Assembly (NCBI GenBank): GCA_951406725.2
Contig: OX597840.1
Coordinates: forward strand, 18,786,001-18,850,000
Direction of reading: 5' to 3'
Source of the DNA: Octopus vulgaris
Lineage: Eukaryota
Length of the DNA stretch: 64,000 nt
The first letter of the stretch is position 1; every line of letters begins with the position of its first letter. Below the pieces are notes generated by a model. That model was not told the origin of the DNA. It ran no database searches and saw only the letters and a list, made by a program, of their open reading frames with translations. A program made the position numbers and the translations under genes. Shown piece after piece: positions 55,361 to 64,000 of the stretch.

Positions 55361-55992
55361 AACCGATACAAACCATATCCCCGTAGCATAGGACACTTGT
55401 GGAACGCAACAGTAAATAACTAGAGAATAACGTTTCCAAAAAAAGTAATAGACTGATTAACTAAGGAGACAAAAGTTTGCTTTATTGCGTTGATTATGCA
55501 CAGACACAGTTATATCTCTGTGTGTTCCTACATGATCCCTTGGAGCGGAACTGTGGGACACTAAAGTATGCAGACTAAAAGGTACTATTAGAGCATAGCC
55601 TCTACACTAACGTAACAGATGAATTATCTAAAGAGATAAAAATATGCCTTTCTATATCACTGCACTTGTGTGCAGATATTGATGTTCATATAAGTTTAGA
55701 TTTGTTAACCTTACAATGCAGCTATATATTAATAATAATAATAATATGTCAACAATTAGTTACTGCTTGAAAAACTATCGAGATGCAGGAATGCGTATAT
55801 GTATGTGTGCAATTATAAATGTGCGTGTAGGCGTGTGCAGATATACGTATACATGTGGTTGGGAAGCAAATTTCTTAACACACAGCCACGCCTGTGTTCA
55901 TATATATATATATATATATATATACTTTGATACTTTGATAGGTTTCGGCCATTATTGGCCCAGGCCATGTCTAACTTAATAGCACCACCCGG

Positions 55993-56183
<191 letters not shown>

Positions 56184-56265
56184 GACGTCTCAACGTATAT
56201 ATTTGTGCATCGGCTGATATTTTCAAAAATAGACATAGAAGCCGAATAGCCAACTTTTGTAAAAT

Positions 56266-56308
<43 letters not shown>

Positions 56309-56575
56309 GGTCCCGGGTTGAGTCGGGGTTAACCACAGTAAATAAGATATATATATATATATATATATATAATCATTAATAATAAAGGGTAAAATTAATT
56401 AATTAATTAGTAATTAATAATTCCACCAAGTAGTGTTCAGCATGTTAAAAGGACCGTTTTCGGTATACTTAAACAATACTTTTTACAATTATGCTATTTC
56501 TAAAAGTTTGGTATGTGGCAAAGCAAATTCTTTTTGCTGAACCCTAATTATAATTATACTCATAATTGTAAAAAG

Positions 56576-56613
<38 letters not shown>

Positions 56614-56621
56614 CATATTTA

Positions 56622-56719
<98 letters not shown>

Positions 56720-57113
56720 CCTCTCTGCTTGCTTGTGTCTCTGTAATTGTGCTATAGACGTTTTTATGTGTATCAGTTGTAAACCGACGTATGATATTGC
56801 GTCCCCTTATATTAAAAATATTACTTAGAGATTCTCTGATTTAGAGATTGATAAAATATGTATGTACCAGCCTTTGACATATATTCTAAAGATCGTTATG
56901 ATTGACAATGAAATTTTAAAGGGGGTTGCACCAACATGGCCACGAAGCTCAAGTCTATGAGACCGATGAAGGAATGTTTAAAAAAGTTTAAATGTGAAGA
57001 AAAAAAAAGAATAAATAAATATATAAGATCTTAAAAGTTCGCAAATGTTTATTGATAGTATAGCTGATGTCGCTATTGTAGCAAAAGGACACAAATAAAG
57101 CAGGGCTCGTCCT

Positions 57114-57151
<38 letters not shown>

Positions 57152-57172
57152 ATTTATGTATGTATATTTATG

Positions 57173-57370
57173 TTAGTACGCCTCTGCTTCTGTGCCATTC
57201 GACCTCTTTGAAATTTCGTCCAAAGTAGTAGTGATCCAAGAACCGAAATGTGCCACATTAGCGAAGACGGAGAGGCCTTCATTACATTCCCATCCATAAG
57301 ACACGACGCCAACTAACACCAATGCGTTATCTGAAGAGCGGGTGCAGGTCAGTGGGCCACCCGAGTCACC
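57173..57370 (-). CDS. S1A serine protease gene 2, last exon (GDSGGPLTCTRSSDNALVLVGVVSYGWECNEGLSVFANVAHFGSWITTTLDEISKRSNGTEAEAY*); upstream exons not found in window
   Basis: Same phase-0 acceptor directly before GDSGGP as in gene 1; open frame to TAA; clear paralogy to 2207-2371. Confidence 0.92.
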   Translation of the reverse strand, partial: GDSGGPLTCTRSSDNALVLVGVVSYGWECNEGLSVFANVAHFGSWITTTLDEISKRSNGTEAEAY

Positions 57371-57479
57371 CTGTCAAAGATAGAAAATGGAACATTTAGT
57401 ATTGTTTCGTTGATTAAGTTTAAATATTTTATGTCGTTTTCTTGGTTTTGAAGTTTCAAATTTTGTTTGTTATACGATT

Positions 57480-57885
57480 TTATCATGGAAGAATTGTCTT
57501 CAACGGGTAACGAACGTGGACAATGTACAGAACAATGGAAAAGACAACAGGTGCGTTTGAAATGTGGATCTTTCGCAGTTTGCAGAATAAATTGGAAAGA
57601 CAGGGTAACGCATGCTGCAGTATTAGTAAAGCTGAAAATCCATAGACACCTACAAACAGGAATCAGGTTTACAAATCTATCATATTTTGGACATGAAATA
57701 CACTACGAATGATTGCACAAGATCAATCCTGACAAAAAGTGTGCAAAGATGAGGGCAAGAAACTGTTGAAGATGTCTGTGGATTGACAAAATGAAAGAAT
57801 GGACTAAAAACAAAATGCTGGCTGATATCCAAACAGTACAATACAGAGGGAACTGGAGAGTCTTTACAAGGTGACCCCTGAATAC
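57480..57885 (+). mobile_element. RTE-like LINE 3' fragment
   Basis: AFEMW..R..RINWKDRVT..VL..L.YFGH motif. Confidence 0.6.
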
Positions 57886-58130
57886 AGGAAGGACAGCTGG
57901 CTGCTGTTGCTTCTGATGATTTTAACGGCACCATTGGGTTTGATCACTGACAAATAGAAAGTGAAAGGGGAATATCGTCAGTAATAGTGCGATGGGGTAA
58001 GACTTTTCTGGCGGTCATTTACATCTTCTGGGGATCTACGTAAACAAATGAGACACACACACACACACACGCATACACACAGACGCTCACACTCTCACAC
58101 ACACACGCGCACGCACGCACGCTCGCATAA

Positions 58131-58162
<32 letters not shown>

Positions 58163-58717
58163 ACACACATTGATACACTCAGTGGCTGCTAATAGCACGC
58201 AGGCTACGACAGACTGATAAGATGCTTTTGAAGCCGAGAATTTGAGTTTACGAAGACAATATTTATATATCGCCTGAAGAAACACAAATAGATCTCATAA
58301 TGCAGAGAAACGGTTACAAAACAAAATACCCGCAAGCCTGGAAAACTACGTTGCGCGGAAACAATTGTAGTGATTGCAAATAAATGTCCAACCGTAGTCC
58401 TTCTTGCTGACTTCAACTTATTCAATTACATATATATATTACATACATATATATATATATATTACATACATATATACATATATATATATTACATATATAT
58501 ATATAATACATATATATATATATAATACATATATATATATATATATAATACATATATACATATATATATTACATACATATATATAATTACATATATATAT
58601 AATAATAATATGAGGGAATATTATTCCAAACTTACAGGGAAAGATTCAACTTAGAAATACTAAATCAAATTTCACAATATATATATATACACATATAATA
58701 TATATATATATATGCAT

Positions 58718-58773
<56 letters not shown>

Positions 58774-58836
58774 GCATATATATATATAAGCATACACATA
58801 TATATATATATACATATATACACACACACATAGATA

Positions 58837-58972
<136 letters not shown>

Positions 58973-59394
58973 TGATAATAATAAAATGTAACCACAAAAG
59001 AATGAGACCTGGATATTAGAGAAATAGAGGCTTATTTAGTTTTGCTATAATTTAGAATAAACAGGAAAAGGTTGTCATTATAGTACTCGGAGTTTCGAAT
59101 GTCGAAGCGATGAGCTACGATACATTCTCGTCGGCTATTAATGGCAACAGACGCTATGAAAAACTGTTGAATAAAAGGGAAGTTACTCTAATAGGTAGAG
59201 AAAGAAAAAGAAAGAAAGAAAAAATACACGCAACTATATTCTCACAATACATAGATGTAAACCACTTGCGTTCATAACGTCTGCATACGTACACATTTAC
59301 ACAAACATGTATAAGTACATGAACATACACATATACAAGCATCTATGTATGTACGTACTCATATATACACACATATCCACCGAAACATTCATAC

Positions 59395-59435
<41 letters not shown>

Positions 59436-59442
59436 TATATAT

Positions 59443-59655
59443 ACTCTTTTACTTGTTTCAGTCATTTGACTGTGGCCATGCTGGAGCACAGCCTTTAGTC
59501 GAGCAAATCTACCCCAGGACTTATTCTTTGTAAGCCCAGTACTTATTCTATCGACTCTTTTGCCGAACCGTTAAGTTACGGAGACGTAAACATACCAGCA
59601 TCGGTTGTCAAGCGATGTTTGGGGGACCAACACACACACACACACACGCACAAAC

Positions 59656-59693
<38 letters not shown>

Positions 59694-59870
59694 GTACATA
59701 TATACAACGGGCTTCTTTCAGTTTCCGTCTACCAAATCCACTCACAAGACTTTGGTCGGCCCGTGGCTATAGTAGAAGACACTTGCCCAAGGTGCTACGC
59801 AGTGGGACTGAACCCTGTACCATTGGTTGGTAAGCAAGCTACTTACCACTCAGCCTCTCTTACGCCTATA
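59443..59870 (-). mobile_element. SINE family A copy
   Basis: Reverse-complement homology to 18484-18910. Confidence 0.88.
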
Positions 59871-59894
59871 CATATATATATATATTTTTTTTCT

Positions 59895-59931
<37 letters not shown>

Positions 59932-60269
59932 ACGCAACCTCATCCTCATGTACACATTGGTGCTTACATGCGAAAACGTAACATAATACATATGTATTTA
60001 GACATTCCCGCATATATACAAACATGTATATCCGTATAAATGGAGGGTGTGTGGTCATGAAAGCCGTACATATGCACCGCACACAATATATACATCTATA
60101 TACGCACATGCAAAAGCATAGAAGTATACACACATTCATACGTAGATGTCTGCATACTTACACAGATAGATACACACATCCATCCATCCATCCATCCATC
60201 CATCCATCCATACATACATACATACATCCATACATACATACATACATACATACATACATACATACATAG

Positions 60270-60595
60270 AAGGAGCACTCCGTCGGTTACGACGAGGAGA
60301 GTCCCAGCTGATACGATCAACGGAACAGCTTGCTCGTGAAATTAATGTGCAAGTGACTGAGCAATCCACAGACACGTGTACCCCTAACGTAGTTCTCAGG
60401 GAGATTCAGCCTGACACAGAGTGTGACAAGGCCAGCCCTTTGAAATACAGGTACAACTCATTTTTGCCAGCTGAGTGGACTGGAGCAACGTGAAATAAAG
60501 TGTCTTGCTCAAGGACATGATGCGTCGCCGGGAATCGAACTCATGACCTTACAATCGTGAACCGAATGCCCTATCCACTAAACCACGCGCCTTCA
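60270..60595 (-). mobile_element. tRNA-derived SINE family C
   Basis: Minus-strand head GGCGCGTGGTTTAGTGGATAGG..GAGTTCGATTCCC followed by CCTTGAGCAAGACACTT core; flanked by CATA/CATC repeats. Confidence 0.8.
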
Positions 60596-61190
60596 CATCC
60601 ATCCACCCATCCATCCATACACACATACATACCTACAGAGTGTGTGATTAAGAAGCTCACACTGCTCTCTCATGATTCTGGGTTCGGTCCATTTGCGTGG
60701 CATCTAGGGCAAGTTTCTTTTACTATTGTCTCGGGCATGCCGATGCCTTGCGAGTGAATTTGATATACGGAAAACGTGCGGAAGCTCGTCGTATTCACAT
60801 GTGCGTGTGCATATGTGTGTGTGTGTTTGTCCCATCTCACTAATTGACAATCGGTGTTGGCTTGTTTACGTCTTGCTTCAGACATTAGACTGCGGCCATG
60901 CTGGGGCACCACCTTGAAGAATTTTAGTCGAATGAATCGATCCCAGGTACTTATTTTTTAAAAGCCTGGTGCTTATTCTATCGGTCTTCTTTGTCGAACC
61001 GATAGACTTGGGAGACGTGAGCACACCAACACTGTTTATCAAGCGGTGGTGGGGGTCAAACCTAAACACACAGACACACACATTATACATACATACACAC
61101 ACACACACATATATATATACATTATATTATTATACATATATACATACATACATATATATATATACACATTATATTATTATACATATATAC

Positions 61191-61282
<92 letters not shown>

Positions 61283-61419
61283 AAAGTTTACGAAAAAACA
61301 AAACACGAAGACAGGTGGTGTACAAAACAAACAGATGTATTAGTATAACGTTCAGGAATAGAAAAAGTTTTTTACGTTTCGAGCCTATATATATATATGC
61401 ATACATGAATACATAATGC

Positions 61420-61491
<72 letters not shown>

Positions 61492-61801
61492 CGAAGGGCT
61501 CCTTCCAGTTTCCGTTTATTAAATCCACTCACAAGGCTTTGTTTAGCTCGGGCAGCTGTAGTAGAACAGACCTGCCAAAGGTGTAACGTCGTGGGACTGA
61601 ACCCGAAACCATGTGACTGGGAAGCAAACTTCTTACCACACAGCCACAAATTTCGGGAGGAAAAATACAAAAGAAAAGGCAGCATAAATACTGGAGACGA
61701 TTTGTCCAAATAAAAGCCCCTTTAGAGCGGTGCCCTACCCCAGTCCGTTGACCGAGTCAATTAAGAAGTAAAGATAAATAAAAAGGCAAAGATAAATAAA
61801 A

Positions 61802-62210
61802 AGGTGCAGGAGTGGCTGTGTGGTAAGTAGCTTGCTTACCAACCACATGGTTCCGGGTTCAGTCCCACCGCGTGGCATCTTGGGCAAGTGTCTTCTGCTA
61901 TAGCCCCGGGCCGATCAATGCCTTGTGAGTGGATTTTGTAGGCGGAAACTGAAAGAAGCTCGTCGTGTATATGTAAATATATATATGCGTGCGTGTATGT
62001 TTGTGTGTCTGTGTTTGTACCCCATAGCCATTGCTTGACAACCGATGGTGGTGTGTTTACGTCCCCGTCACTTAGCGGTTCGACAAAAGAGACCGATAGA
62101 ATAAGTACTGAGCTTACAAAGAATAAGTCCCGGGGTCGATTTGCTCCACTAAAGGCGGTGCTCCAGCATGGCCGCAGTCAAATGACTGAAACAAGTAAAA
62201 GAGTAAAGAG
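61802..62210 (+). mobile_element. SINE family A copy
   Basis: Homology to 18484-18910. Confidence 0.9.
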
Positions 62211-62901
62211 TATATAGATACCAGCTGTCTTATGGTTGCAGTAGTAATTTCAGAAACGGGATCGAAGGAAGCTTATTTACAGAATAAATTCGCTTCCAAT
62301 CAGAAATACATTGAAACACGTCAGCAATTACGATTATCGAATTCTCAACAATTACAATGGTTGAGATTTTGTATAATTTAATAACAGCAGAGTTAAACAG
62401 GCTAGTTTTAGCAATTTGTCTATGTTTATAATGGCAAGCAAGGAAATGTAGGCCGTTGATTCAATTAGAAGTTTTATTCGAAAGAGAAGTTATTAACGTC
62501 AACAGTAGCACGTTTAAAGTAGATACTGCGTGGCTGTTTTGAGGGGATCGATCGATGTGTCAGTGAGATAGTTACTGGTACCGAGGAAAGCGTTTTGGCG
62601 CCGTGATTCGTTATGCTTCTACTGTCGATGCATGTGTGTGTGTGTGTGTTACACACATACATATACGTACATACATATATACATACATACATATATATGT
62701 ATGTATATATATATAGATATATATATGATAGATCGTTAGCTACTACACGCATTTTTTTCTCTCCTTGTTTCTTTTTTTTTCTGTGGAAGAGCGTAGGCTC
62801 GAAAAGTAAAAGACTTTTTCTATTCCTGAGCAGTATACTAATACATTTGTTTGTTTGTACAGCCCCTGCCTTCGTCTTTTGTTTATTTTCGTAAACTTTC
62901 C

Positions 62902-62975
<74 letters not shown>

Positions 62976-63190
62976 GTTGCCTTCGGAACGTGGAGTAGAT
63001 GAAACAGGGACAACTGAAGAAGGGGAGTATTCTTTATGTTATATGTATCGTTTCTATGATTTTGTTTCTCATTGTGTTCAACGTTTTTTTGATGTCCTGT
63101 ACCCATATATACATGTATATATACATATATATGTAGGTATGTACATATATGTATGTATATATATATATATATATTTATATATTATTACAT

Positions 63191-63257
<67 letters not shown>

Positions 63258-63259
63258 TA

Positions 63260-63310
<51 letters not shown>

Positions 63311-63597
63311 GCATGTGCCTCTGTTGATGTGCGCTTCCCATAATAACAGGAATCTTACTGAAGAGCCTACCTGAGTAAATAAATATTATTTTTATTGCTG
63401 AAATAGGCGAAACTGCAGTCTAAGAAGAACTAAGTTTGTAAAAGTTTTTAATTTTCATCTCATTAAATTTATCCAGCTTTTGTGTATCTAGTACACACTT
63501 CGCCTTTTAATGTACTTATATATGAATAATATATGGCGTGTCCTAGAACACCGGCGATAATAATTAATTTTATTGTATCGCATTTGACTTTGTTTAC

Positions 63598-63655
<58 letters not shown>

Positions 63656-64000
63656 GGAATTTACAAAAAAAAACAATAACAAATGACGAAGACTGGTATG
63701 TAAACAACAAACAGGTGTATTAGTTTAACGCTCAAGAAAGTGAAAAAGTTTTTTACGTTTCGAGCCTTCGCTCTTCAACAGAAAGGAACACGAGAAAATA
63801 AACAACTAAACAGAGAGAGAGAATATAGAAAAAAATCTTTAGTGGCTAGCAGTCGATCATATATATATATATTTGGAGAGAAGATTTTTTTCTCAAAGAG
63901 TTAAGACTGAGAAAAAAATCTTTTTAGAAAGTCGAACATGTGCTTGAAAACGTTAAGAACTGAAAGTGCTTGCACTTCTGTAAAAGTAAACCCTACACAC

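Noticed and set aside
60520-60595. tRNA genes at SINE heads (also 18484, 40753, 43500-43570, 61802)
   Set aside because: A and B boxes run into SINE bodies; no complete cloverleaf

Overview
Eukaryotic, AT-rich, microsatellite-dense DNA. The repeat families look like those of an Octopus-type cephalopod (inference from SINE sequences and repeat landscape). Most ORFs in the supplied track are microsatellite artefacts. Real content: (1) A complete 6-exon secreted S1A serine protease gene on the minus strand (27516 to 2207, 255 aa, intact His/Asp/Ser triad, Thr at S1 position 189), assembled by hand from GT-AG splice sites, plus the last exon of a paralogue at 57173-57370, indicating a tandem cluster. 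(2) Many transposon remnants: R4/Dong-like RLE LINEs, a CR1-like LINE, Tx1 and RTE fragments, a Naiad-like Penelope element, Tc1/mariner pieces, non-autonomous Helitrons and three tRNA-derived SINE families. Most notable hidden structure: several sequence-unrelated small modules, mostly next to (TA)n, each carrying a type I hammerhead ribozyme with a palindromic stem III inside long inverted repeats; one flank copy ends at the predicted cleavage site. Also notable: a fold-back element containing a copy of part of the protease last exon, and a 184-bp SINE-derived tandem array with a recurring junction. Repeat boundaries are approximate; exon and ribozyme coordinates were counted by hand.
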